A stretch of 41,142 nt of DNA, taken from assembly GCA_903853515.1 (NCBI GenBank), contig CAINTU010000065.1, positions 1 to 41,142 on the forward strand, given 5' to 3'. Shown here piece after piece: positions 1 to 9,099 of the stretch; within the stretch, counting starts at the first letter, position 1; every line of letters starts with the position of its first letter. Both the position numbers and the translations under genes were made by a program. The notes under the pieces are model-generated. The model worked only from the letters and a program-made list of their open reading frames with translations, did no database searches and had not been told where the DNA came from. The stretch comes from an uncultured Micrococcales bacterium. Lineage in GTDB: Bacteria > Actinomycetota > Actinomycetes > Actinomycetales > Microbacteriaceae.

Positions 1-60
1 GTAGTTCCACGAGTGAAATTCTAACCATCTGGGCGAGTTGCCTAGACATAAGATTTAGAC

Positions 61-2022
61 ATGACTATTAAGCCTGGCATCGACACTTCGACTTTTGACC
101 TCAACGTTCGCCCTCAAGACGATCTGTTCAAGCACACCAACGGCAAATGGCTTGCCGAAGTCGAGATTCCTGCAGACCAGGCGGTGCACGGCTCGTTCTA
201 CATGCTTCGTGACGCAAGCGAAGAGGCCGTCAAAGACATCCTTGATGAGGCGCAAGCCAACCCGAAGCCTGGTGTTAGCCAGCAAATCGGCGACATGTAT
301 GCCTCTTTCTTAAACGAAGAGTTGGCCAACAAGCTTGGTGCCCAGCCGATTCTCGCCGACCTAGCCGCAATTGACGCCGCCAGCTTCGCCGAACTGCCTA
401 AGTTGATGGGTCGATTCGAGCGCGACAGCATCAGCGGCCTATGGGGCTTCTATATCACTAACGATGCAAACAACCCTGAGCGCTATTTGGTACACATGTT
501 CCAAGGCGGCCTCGGGTTGCCAGACGAGTCGTATTACCACGACGAGAAATACGCAAACTTTAGAGACGCCTATGTGCCTTATGTGACCAACATGCTCGAG
601 CACGCTGGTTGGTCGGCCGATCAGGCAGCCACCGATGCCAAGGCAATTTTCGAGTTCGAGACTGGGCTATCGAAGCACCACTGGAACGTCGTTGACACTC
701 GCGATGCAGAGAAGACCAACAACCCACGCACCTTTGCTCAGCTTGAGGCGATGACCCCGACCTTCAACTGGCACGACTATCTAGCAGGAATGCAGTTGAA
801 ATCTGACGTGTTCTTTGAGACCGTGGTGATGACCCCATCGTTCTTCGAAGGCATCGCAAGCGTATTCAACGAGGCCAATATCGCCAACGTGCGCCTATGG
901 CTCAAGTGGCAGGTCATCAACAACATGGCCCCTTATCTGAGTGATGATTTTGTAAACACTCGCTTTGGTTTCTATGGCACAACCTTGACCGGTCAGCCTG
1001 AACTGCGTGCCCGCTGGAAGCGCGGAGTGCAGTTGGTTGAAGGTTCACTGGGTGAGGCCGTCGGCAAGATCTATGTCGAAAAGCACTTTCCACCAGCCGC
1101 TAAAGAGCGCATGGATGAACTTGTGAAGTGGCTGATTGAGGCGTATCGCGTCAGTATCGAAAACCTCGAGTGGATGACTGAAGAAACCAAGGCCAAGGCT
1201 TTGGTCAAGTTGAACAAGTTCAACCCAAAGATCGGTTACCCAAAGAACTGGAAAGACTATTCGAGCCTGACCATCGACCGTGATGATTTGGTAGGCAACG
1301 TTCGTCGTTCATCAGCTTGGGTCACCGACAAAGAGGCAGCCAAAATTGGCGCACCACTTGATCGCGACGAATGGCACATGACGCCACAGACAGTCAACGC
1401 CTATTACAACCCTGGCTTCAACGAAATCGTTTTTCCGGCAGCAATCTTGCAGCCACCGTTCTTCAGCCTAGAAGCTGACGATGCAGTTAACTTTGGCGGC
1501 ATCGGCGGCGTTATCGGTCACGAGATCGGCCACGGATTTGACGACCAGGGTTCAAAATACGATGGCGATGGGCGCCTAGAGTCATGGTGGACAGACGCTG
1601 ACCGCGCGGCTTTTGAAGAGCTAACCGGCAAGCTGATTTCACAGTACGACGCACTCACCCCAGAGGGCTTGAGCGATGACTATAAGGTCAACGGTGCGCT
1701 AACCATTGGTGAAAACATTGGTGACCTGGGCGGCATCATGATTGCCTTCAAGGCATACATGATGAGCCTTGAAGGCAAAGAGCCACCGGTCATCGATGGG
1801 CGAACCGCCGCCGAGCGATTCTTCTTGTCATGGGGCCAAATCTGGCGAGGCAAGAGTCGCGAAGCTATCGCGATTCAGCGCTTAGCAACAGATCCGCACT
1901 CACCTTCAGAGTTCCGCTGCAACCAAATCGCCCGCAACTTCGACGAGTTCTATAAGGCTTTCGACGTGCAGCCGAGCGATGAGATGTGGCTTGACCCTGC
2001 CGAGCGCGTAAGCATCTGGTAA
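61..2022 (+). CDS. pepO: M13 family zinc metalloendopeptidase (PepO/neprilysin-like)
   Basis: HEIGH zinc motif, VNAYY, GENIGD and C-terminal DPHSP..FR motifs; TAAGAT -10-like hexamer 6 nt before ATG. Confidence 0.93.
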   Translation: MTIKPGIDTSTFDLNVRPQDDLFKHTNGKWLAEVEIPADQAVHGSFYMLRDASEEAVKDILDEAQANPKPGVSQQIGDMYASFLNEELANKLGAQPILADLAAIDAASFAELPKLMGRFERDSISGLWGFYITNDANNPERYLVHMFQGGLGLPDESYYHDEKYANFRDAYVPYVTNMLEHAGWSADQAATDAKAIFEFETGLSKHHWNVVDTRDAEKTNNPRTFAQLEAMTPTFNWHDYLAGMQLKSDVFFETVVMTPSFFEGIASVFNEANIANVRLWLKWQVINNMAPYLSDDFVNTRFGFYGTTLTGQPELRARWKRGVQLVEGSLGEAVGKIYVEKHFPPAAKERMDELVKWLIEAYRVSIENLEWMTEETKAKALVKLNKFNPKIGYPKNWKDYSSLTIDRDDLVGNVRRSSAWVTDKEAAKIGAPLDRDEWHMTPQTVNAYYNPGFNEIVFPAAILQPPFFSLEADDAVNFGGIGGVIGHEIGHGFDDQGSKYDGDGRLESWWTDADRAAFEELTGKLISQYDALTPEGLSDDYKVNGALTIGENIGDLGGIMIAFKAYMMSLEGKEPPVIDGRTAAERFFLSWGQIWRGKSREAIAIQRLATDPHSPSEFRCNQIARNFDEFYKAFDVQPSDEMWLDPAERVSIW

Positions 2023-2045
2023 ATCGCCAGCCACGAATTAGTTAG

Positions 2046-2603
2046 ATGAAACTTTGGTTGCGCCTCATTTGGGCGCTGGCAACTTGGCGCTCGCGCGGCA
2101 GTGCAACCATGGCCGATGTGGGTGTTCGAAACTTTAGGGTTTGGCCAACAGACATCGACGTGTTCATGCACATGAACAACGGAATCTATTTCACGCTGCT
2201 TGACCTAGCTCGATTAGACCTTATGAAAAGGGCTCAGGTGTGGCAGCGCCTAAAACGCAAGGGTGTGCACCCTGTGGTTGTGCAAGAAACGATCACATTT
2301 CGCAAATCACTTTTGCTCTGGCAGCGTTTCACTATAGAAACAAAAATCATTGGCTGGGATTCGCAAGCGTTTTTTATTCAGCAACGCTATGTGGTTGCCG
2401 GTGAAATTTATGCCGAGGCATTAGTCAAGGTTCGATTCTTGCAATCACCACGTGGTGTGCCAACACCAGAAGAGATCAACGAGATGTTGGGCGGTTGGCC
2501 TGGTGCCAAACCTAAACTGCCTGGCTGGGTTTCAGAATGGAACAGCGCTGTAGCTTTGCCGAAAGGCAAAGAACCCGCCCCAAGCACTTGGCCTGGCAAC
2601 TAG
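2046..2603 (+). CDS. Acyl-CoA thioesterase, hotdog fold (4HBT/FcbC-like)
   Basis: RVWPTDIDVFMHMNNGIY motif typical of 4HBT-type thioesterases. Confidence 0.85.
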   Translation: MKLWLRLIWALATWRSRGSATMADVGVRNFRVWPTDIDVFMHMNNGIYFTLLDLARLDLMKRAQVWQRLKRKGVHPVVVQETITFRKSLLLWQRFTIETKIIGWDSQAFFIQQRYVVAGEIYAEALVKVRFLQSPRGVPTPEEINEMLGGWPGAKPKLPGWVSEWNSAVALPKGKEPAPSTWPGN

Positions 2604-2622
2604 TTCATCGAAATACTCTCCG

Positions 2623-3462
2623 CTAGTTTTTGGCAAACAGGTTTGCGAACCCTGGCGTGGCATCGAGCGACGAATCCTTGGCGACAATCAATGCCTCAAC
2701 CTGGTTGCTCTGGTTATGCGAGTTGTAGTTCGCTAAAAAACTCAGTGCCTGTTCGCCTGCGGCAAAAGCAGCCGTAGCCAAAACGTCAGCCGTGACGATG
2801 TCTTTAGCCACCACGCTGACCTGCAAAATCTCGTTGGCCCAAATGCCGCCACCGGCCTTCGGGTTCCAGATGTGATCACCGCGTTCTGCCGTGCCGCTTG
2901 TGGCCATTGCGCGAAAATCTGTGTCGTTCAAATCAATCACCGTCAGCACTCCGGCCTCGGGGCTGGCAATTGAGGCTGGTTTCGAAATGCCCATGCGCAT
3001 TGGCAGGCCAGAGGCAATCTGGGGTGACAACAAAATGTCGCCACCTGCGTTAATTGCAAAGTCGAATACACCACCATCAATTAATTCGTTGGCAGCCTTT
3101 GCCGCAGCCCAAGTCTTGACTATGCCAGACGGGTCAAAAGTGTGTTCTCGTGTGAAGGCGTTAAACCAGCCATCGGTGAGTTGGTTGAAGTGCTCGCAGT
3201 CATCCCAGATTTCTGTGCAGACATCGGGGCAGAGCATTAGCGAGATTTCGCCGCGTGCCAATCTGCTCAAGGGTGAATCAGGTTTATAGAGACTGAATAT
3301 TTCGTCAGCCTCGTGCAAGATTTTTTCAGCATTGTCGAGCAATGCATCGAGCTCTTTTGCGGCAATCGATGTTCTGCCAACAAAGGCGAACACCGTGCCC
3401 ATGCAAAATACGGTGTGGCGAAACTCTTGTGGTGAAATGCTTTCGCCAACCGAGTCACTCAT
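2623..3462 (-). CDS. apbE: FAD:protein FMN transferase (ApbE family), short form without signal peptide
   Basis: MGT, FSLYKPDS, DPSGIVKTWA, INAGGD, ATSGT, HIWNP and ADVLATA motifs; TAGACT 6 nt upstream of ATG. Confidence 0.9.
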   Translation of the reverse strand: MSDSVGESISPQEFRHTVFCMGTVFAFVGRTSIAAKELDALLDNAEKILHEADEIFSLYKPDSPLSRLARGEISLMLCPDVCTEIWDDCEHFNQLTDGWFNAFTREHTFDPSGIVKTWAAAKAANELIDGGVFDFAINAGGDILLSPQIASGLPMRMGISKPASIASPEAGVLTVIDLNDTDFRAMATSGTAERGDHIWNPKAGGGIWANEILQVSVVAKDIVTADVLATAAFAAGEQALSFLANYNSHNQSNQVEALIVAKDSSLDATPGFANLFAKN

Positions 3463-3477
3463 GCTGCGAGTCTAAAA

Positions 3478-4029
3478 CTAGTTAACGCCAGCCGACTGCA
3501 GAGCCTGAATATATGCGTTCGTCGTATAGGTTGCGCCGCCGAGCTGCGAGGTGTCGAAATTCGAAGACTGCGCAGCAATTGCTAGGTCGTGAAGATACGG
3601 AAAAGCTGCCGAGCGACCGGCACTCGCCGAACCCTGCAACAGCACGATGTCTGTGATTTTGCCGCCGCTGCGAACAACCTTCACCTGAATCTGACCGAAA
3701 CGATAGCTGATCAACTGGCCCGTTGTGCTGGTGGTGCTCGGTGGCGTCGTCTCAGTTGGCTTTGGTGTCGGGCTGGTTGTGGGTGACTTAGTTGGTTTTG
3801 GTGTCGGGCTGGTTGTGGGTGACTTAGTTGGCTTTGGTGTCTTGGTGCCAGTCGGGGTTGGTGTCGCTGTTGGCGTGCCGGTTGAGGTTGGCGTGCCGGT
3901 TGAGGTTGGGGCAACAATCGGCCCACCAGTGAATGCGCTTGCCGGTGCGCTCGCTGCGCCAACTTTATAGCCGGCTGCGATCGAAACGAGTCCTAAAACA
4001 CCCACGATGGCTCTAGTTGAAGATCTCAC
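3478..4029 (-). CDS. Exported or membrane-anchored FMN-binding domain protein with Pro/Thr linker
   Basis: GTG at 4029 overlaps the upstream TGA (GTGA); hydrophobic N-terminus; PT-rich linker; FGQIQVKV..GKITDI and GGATYTT flavinylation-type motif. The ORF-track start at 4107 is probably too long. Confidence 0.85.
   Translation of the reverse strand: MRSSTRAIVGVLGLVSIAAGYKVGAASAPASAFTGGPIVAPTSTGTPTSTGTPTATPTPTGTKTPKPTKSPTTSPTPKPTKSPTTSPTPKPTETTPPSTTSTTGQLISYRFGQIQVKVVRSGGKITDIVLLQGSASAGRSAAFPYLHDLAIAAQSSNFDTSQLGGATYTTNAYIQALQSAGVN
3754..3909. repeat. Intragenic tandem repeats: 36-bp unit x~2.4 (3754-3841) and 18-bp unit x~2.3 (3869-3909) encoding the PT linker
   Basis: agttgg(c/t)tttggtgtcgggctggttgtgggtgactt repeated; gttggcgtgccggttgag repeated. 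Confidence 0.9.
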
Positions 4030-5435
4030 CAGGCAAACTCCTCTGCGTGTATTTGAGCTAGCGGGGTGCCAGCTTTGTGAAGCGATTTCTCTACGGTGTG
4101 GGTCCAAGCTGCTGGGCCACAGATATAGACATCTGATTTTGCGATGTTAGGAATAAGGTCGGCGAGACGCTCATGGTCAGGTTTCTGATCGCCAGCGCCT
4201 GCAGGCAACCAAGACGCGTTGTGAGCACGCTTGCCGTCGAGCACGTGCAAGAAGAATCCACGGCGACGGGCAATCTCACGCAGCTCTTCAACCAACGGGG
4301 CATCATCAGCATTGCGAACGCGATAAACAATCGACACATCACCAGGGCGTGCTGCAATGTTCTCTGCAAGGGCGCGAATCGGTGGGGCACCAATTCCGGC
4401 GGCAATTAGAGTGACTTTTTCTTGGGTTCGACGATCTTCAGTGAAGACACCATATGGGCCTTCAAGAATCACGCGCGTGCCTGGTTTCACGGTTTGCAAA
4501 GCCTTGGTGTCATCACCACGGATTCCAACTGTGAAGCGGATTGATTTATCTGTTGGCGCTGCCGAAATCGAGAATGGGTGGGCACGCCACCATTTGTCTT
4601 TAGTTAGTACTCGCAAGATAAAGAACTGGCCAGACTTTGTTCCGATTTTGCCGAGACGTGAACCAGAAACATAAATCGAAGATGCGTCACTAGATTCAAC
4701 ATTCACCTTCTCGATGCGAAGGCCGTGCACAAAGCTATAGACAATCGGGTTCAAGAATCTGAACCAAACAATGTTGCCAGCAACGAAGAAATACGCGCCA
4801 ACCCAGAATGCAGTCGCAACTGGCTTGCCATAAATATCTACACCGGTTGAGAATTCGTGAGGAATCGCAAAGAGAATCGAGGCATAGCCAAGCAGGTGCG
4901 CTAGATACCAGGCTTCGTAACTTAGCTTTTTGCGCGCGATTTTGATGCTGGTGACAACAACCAAAATCATGCAGGCGAAGGCGAGGGTGGCAGTCAAAAT
5001 ATCTGGAACGTTCAACACCATGTTGACAAGCTCTGCAATCACATTCTTTGAATCAAGAATTGCGTATGCCCACACCGATGCCAAGAAGTGGGCGATGATC
5101 AGGTAGAGCACCGGCTTGCCGAGTTTTTTGTGCACTGCGGTGGCCCGGTCGTGACCATAAAGTTTGTCGAGCCATGGCACACGAGCGATTAACATGGTCT
5201 GAATTAGCAGCAGGTCGGTTGCAACCAGAGCGGTCAACCGGTCAACGGCATCGACATAGCTATAAAGACCGTTGAAGCTGGCACCGCCGTCGAGCAAAAA
5301 GGTGACGGTCACGAAGACCACGCTAAAAATGGCGATGGCTTCGACGGCGTCTTGTTTGCGGGCGATCGAAAGCAATTTCTTGAGTCCTAGGCGCACCTTC
5401 GTGTTCGGTGTGACTAGCTGCAACTGATTGGTCAT
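4026..5435 (-). CDS. Ferric reductase-like transmembrane protein fused to an FAD/NAD(P)H-binding ferredoxin-reductase domain
   Basis: TM helices with conserved His (VHKKLG, AHF, AHLLGY, PHE), HPFSIS, EGPYG, IAAGIG, YICGP and terminal EEFAW; start taken at MTNQL (5435). Confidence 0.88.
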   Translation of the reverse strand: MTNQLQLVTPNTKVRLGLKKLLSIARKQDAVEAIAIFSVVFVTVTFLLDGGASFNGLYSYVDAVDRLTALVATDLLLIQTMLIARVPWLDKLYGHDRATAVHKKLGKPVLYLIIAHFLASVWAYAILDSKNVIAELVNMVLNVPDILTATLAFACMILVVVTSIKIARKKLSYEAWYLAHLLGYASILFAIPHEFSTGVDIYGKPVATAFWVGAYFFVAGNIVWFRFLNPIVYSFVHGLRIEKVNVESSDASSIYVSGSRLGKIGTKSGQFFILRVLTKDKWWRAHPFSISAAPTDKSIRFTVGIRGDDTKALQTVKPGTRVILEGPYGVFTEDRRTQEKVTLIAAGIGAPPIRALAENIAARPGDVSIVYRVRNADDAPLVEELREIARRRGFFLHVLDGKRAHNASWLPAGAGDQKPDHERLADLIPNIAKSDVYICGPAAWTHTVEKSLHKAGTPLAQIHAEEFAW

Positions 5436-5442
5436 AACAGCC

Positions 5443-5485
5443 AGCCTGCCCGCTTTGTCTGGGTGCTTGCTGTGAGCCACCTGAA
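5443..5485 (-). promoter_or_regulatory. Putative promoter of the flavinylation operon: three nnCAG direct repeats at 11-bp period plus a CAGGCT -10-like hexamer
   Basis: Minus strand reads TTCAG-gtggct-CACAG-caagca-CCCAG, then CAGGCT 7 nt before the ATG at 5435. Confidence 0.55.
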
Positions 5486-5622
5486 TTTTCGGTTTGAATG
5501 AAAATAGCGCAAGCATGTTCGATTTGGCGCATAAAGTCGAGCGTGCGCAGTTAATCCCTGCGAAAATAGGCAATGCAAGTGTCAATGCTGCCACCCAACG
5601 CGTCGCTTGCAGAGAGTTTTCA

Positions 5623-8600
5623 ATGCAAAGAACTGACCTCGACCAGGTTGCCCACGAGGCAGTCGCACTGGTTGAAAACTGGCTAACCTCGGCCGCAAAG
5701 GCCAAATCACGGTCGGCCGCCGAAAAGCGCCTAGCCAAAATCTTGCAAGATGCCAATGGTCTCGACTGGACCCTGCGTTTTGTTGACCGCGTGATTCGCC
5801 CGGTTGACCGCAAGGTGGCAGCCGCCGAACTCGCCGAGCTAGCCAAACATATGCCGCTAAGCCTGAAGCCCACCGACCGAATCATGATTCGTCTGGGCGG
5901 CTTATTTGCAAAACCGTTCAGTTTTATTGTCATTAGCGTTGCCAAAGCTAGGCTGCGTCAACTCGTTGGTCACCTGATTGCAGATGCCAGACCCAGGCCA
6001 CTCACCAGACACATTAAAAAGGCCAAATCAGGCGGCATCAAACTGAACCTCAACCTGCTCGGCGAGGCAGTTCTTGGCGAGGTCGAGGCTATGCACCGAT
6101 TCGATCAGACCATGGCTATGTTGAAGCGCCCAGATGTTGACTATGTCTCGGTTAAAGTTTCTGCGGTTGCAAGCCAGCTTTCGATGTGGGGTTTTGACTC
6201 AACAGTTGACCGTCTGGTAGAACGACTTTTGCCACTCTATGAATACGCCGCCAGCGCTGCCACGCCGAAGTTTATTAACTTGGATATGGAAGAGTATCGC
6301 GACCTTCGTCTAACCCTCGAGGTGTTCAAGCGTCTGCTATCGATGCCCAACCTTCGTGCCCTTGAAGCCGGCATCGTTTTGCAGGCTTATCTGCCAGATA
6401 GCTTTGAGGCACTTAAAGAGCTGACCGATTTTGCGGTTGCTCGAAAAGCTTCAGGCGGTGCAACTATCAAGGTGCGCATCGTCAAGGGCGCGAACCTGGC
6501 GATGGAACTTGTTGATGCAGAAATGCACGATTGGGCTGTTGCCACCTATGGCACCAAGGCTGAGAGCGACGCGAACTATAAGCGTCTGATTGAATTCGCT
6601 CTCAACGCACAGCACATCTATGCACTTCGCGTTGGCATCGCCGGCCACAATCTATTTGACCTAGCATTTGCACACAAACTTGCAGAGCGCAGAGGTGTTG
6701 GCCCGCATGTTGAATTTGAAATGCTCAAAGGCATGGCCGCTCATCTGAGTGGACAAGTCAAAGCATCCGTTGGCTCGCTATTGCTTTATACGCCAGTAGT
6801 CTCGCCACGCGAATTTCAAGTTGCGATCGCGTATCTAACCCGTCGTCTAGAAGAAAATGGCAGCCCAGAGAATTTCATGTCTGGGGTTTTTGACATTGCT
6901 CAAAATAAGTTTGTGTTTGATCGCGAACGCACCAGATTTAGGCATTCAATCGAGCTAATGCAGTCACTTTCTAGCAATCCAAATCGCAAGCAAGATCGCA
7001 ATCGCGACCGCGAGATTATGCCTCTGGGCTCTCACGAGCGGTTCAAAAATGTTGCCGACACAGATCCGGCGCTGCCGGCCAACCGTGCCTGGGCTAACCG
7101 CATTTTTGCTGGTGCTCGTCAACTGCAACCCACTTTGCCAACCAATGCTGAACTTGTTGCCCGCATGGGGTTAGACCAGCACGGCATCGAAGCGCTAGTG
7201 ATGCGATCACGCGAGTCGGCTGCCGGCTGGGCGGCAAATGCGAGCGCCCGAAAGCAGACCCTGCTAAACGTTGGTGCTGAGCTAGCCAGATCACGGGGCG
7301 CTCTCATCGAGGTTCTGATGGCTGAAGCCGGCAAAACTATGTCTGAGGCAGACGCCGAACTGAGCGAGGCAATCGATTTCGCAAACTTTTATGCGCAAAG
7401 CATCGACCAGATTGCGCAGTTAGAGGCGAGTGAAGGTTTGACCTTCACACCCCACAAACTTGTCGTGGTCACACCGCCATGGAATTTTCCGGTAGCAATT
7501 GCAGCCGGCGGCATTTTGGCCGCCTTGGCTGCAGGTGCAGCTGTGATCATCAAGCCAGCACCACAGGTGGTCAATTGTGGGCAGGCCATGGTCGAGGCAC
7601 TTTGGCGAGCTGGCGTGCCGCGTGAACTTTTGAGCATTGTGTTTCTAAACGACGGCGAACTCGGTTTAGCTTTGGTTGGCCACCAAAATGTTGATGCCGT
7701 GATTCTGACCGGAGGTTTCGATACCGCCAGGCTGTTTAAGAGCCACCGACCTCGCATGCAACTCTCTGCCGAAACAAGCGGCAAAAACGCAATCGTAGTT
7801 AGCCCTTATGCCGATCTAGATCTAGCGGCAGGCGACCTCGCGAAAAGCGCCTTCGGTCATGCCGGGCAAAAATGTTCAGCCGCGAGCTTAGGAATACTTG
7901 TTGGTTCGGTTTATAAAAACAGGCAGTTCTTGAAACAACTTGTTGATGCGGCCAGCTCGATGAAAGTCGGTTGGGGTTATCAGGCAGATGCATCGGTTGG
8001 CCCAATCATCGAATCCCCTGGTGACAAACTTCGCAGTGCACTCACCCAACTCGAAAAGGGCGAGAAGTGGTTGTTAGAACCCAAGCAACTCGATTCGACC
8101 GGGCGCCTGTGGTCACCTGGCATCAAAATCGGTGTGCGTTCAGGCAGCTTTTTTCACATGAACGAAGCATTTGGCCCAGTGCTTGGCTTGATGCGAGCCA
8201 AGAATGTCAAGCATGCCTTGACATTGCAAAACGCCACTGATTACGGTCTAACCGCCGGCATGCACAGCCTCAATGCTGACGAAATCAAAACTTGGTTGCG
8301 GCAAATCGAAGCCGGAAACCTTTATGTTAACCGCGGCATCACCGGCGCAATAGTTGAACGCCAACCGTTCGGCGGGCTCAAGCGCTCAACAGTTGGGTTC
8401 GGCCTCAAGGCCGGCGGCGCAAACTATGTCTTGCAGTTCGGATCGTTTGGCAGAACCTCTCGCTTGCCCAGACAAAAGTCGATGCCTAGCCAAGACATCG
8501 TCAGCTTTGTCGAATCGCAGGCCGGTCGCATCGCCGGCAACGAACTTGAGTGGCTGACTGTTGCCGCCGGCAGTGACAAGTTTTGGCTCGATAATCTGTT

Positions 8601-9090
8601 TGCGCCGGCATCACTCGACGGTGGCGATCTCAAGGCCGAAGGCAATTATCACCGCTATTTGCCTGCAACAAATCTGCACGTGCGAGTCAGTGACGACGCG
8701 ACGTTGGCGCCGATAGCTAGATACATTGTGGCTGCGAAGGCAACTGCAACGAATCCTAGGTTTTCGCTCAGCCCAGACTTTGTGCGACGCTCTGGGCTCA
8801 AGAACAGTGAACTCAAGAAGTTCTTTGCGGGCTTCGAGTTTGCAATTGAGTCTGAGGCGAACTTCAACCCCGCATCGCGACCATCGTCGAGACTGCTGTT
8901 GGTTGGTTCTCGCGAAAGCCACATTGTGCAGTTGATGGCTGACCCTGACCTTTTTGTTTTCGGTGGCGAGGTTCTGGCGAGTGGCCGTTTGACTCTGCTT
9001 GCGTTTTTGCGTGAACAATCTGTATCAATTACGCAACATCGCTTCGGTGCGGTGCAATCTGAGCTGGTTGGCATACTTCAAGCCCACTAG
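5623..9090 (+). CDS. putA: Bifunctional proline dehydrogenase / L-glutamate gamma-semialdehyde dehydrogenase
   Basis: NLNLLGE, LDMEE, VLQAYL, RIVKGA and RRLEEN PRODH motifs; PWNFP, ETSGKN, GQKCSA and EAFGP ALDH motifs; start at MQRTD preferred over 5494. Confidence 0.93.
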   Translation: MQRTDLDQVAHEAVALVENWLTSAAKAKSRSAAEKRLAKILQDANGLDWTLRFVDRVIRPVDRKVAAAELAELAKHMPLSLKPTDRIMIRLGGLFAKPFSFIVISVAKARLRQLVGHLIADARPRPLTRHIKKAKSGGIKLNLNLLGEAVLGEVEAMHRFDQTMAMLKRPDVDYVSVKVSAVASQLSMWGFDSTVDRLVERLLPLYEYAASAATPKFINLDMEEYRDLRLTLEVFKRLLSMPNLRALEAGIVLQAYLPDSFEALKELTDFAVARKASGGATIKVRIVKGANLAMELVDAEMHDWAVATYGTKAESDANYKRLIEFALNAQHIYALRVGIAGHNLFDLAFAHKLAERRGVGPHVEFEMLKGMAAHLSGQVKASVGSLLLYTPVVSPREFQVAIAYLTRRLEENGSPENFMSGVFDIAQNKFVFDRERTRFRHSIELMQSLSSNPNRKQDRNRDREIMPLGSHERFKNVADTDPALPANRAWANRIFAGARQLQPTLPTNAELVARMGLDQHGIEALVMRSRESAAGWAANASARKQTLLNVGAELARSRGALIEVLMAEAGKTMSEADAELSEAIDFANFYAQSIDQIAQLEASEGLTFTPHKLVVVTPPWNFPVAIAAGGILAALAAGAAVIIKPAPQVVNCGQAMVEALWRAGVPRELLSIVFLNDGELGLALVGHQNVDAVILTGGFDTARLFKSHRPRMQLSAETSGKNAIVVSPYADLDLAAGDLAKSAFGHAGQKCSAASLGILVGSVYKNRQFLKQLVDAASSMKVGWGYQADASVGPIIESPGDKLRSALTQLEKGEKWLLEPKQLDSTGRLWSPGIKIGVRSGSFFHMNEAFGPVLGLMRAKNVKHALTLQNATDYGLTAGMHSLNADEIKTWLRQIEAGNLYVNRGITGAIVERQPFGGLKRSTVGFGLKAGGANYVLQFGSFGRTSRLPRQKSMPSQDIVSFVESQAGRIAGNELEWLTVAAGSDKFWLDNLFAPASLDGGDLKAEGNYHRYLPATNLHVRVSDDATLAPIARYIVAAKATATNPRFSLSPDFVRRSGLKNSELKKFFAGFEFAIESEANFNPASRPSSRLLLVGSRESHIVQLMADPDLFVFGGEVLASGRLTLLAFLREQSVSITQHRFGAVQSELVGILQAH

Positions 9091-9099
9091 TCTGTTTCA

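Noticed and set aside
4030-4107. Upstream extension of the FMN-binding ORF containing an RR pair (possible Tat motif)
   Set aside because: It lies inside the reductase coding region; the GTGA stop/start overlap at 4026-4029 is a better start
5436-5945. N-terminal extension of the 639-aa ORF overlapping putA head-to-head
   Set aside because: It is antisense read-through of putA; the reductase plausibly starts at 5435 with its own promoter signals
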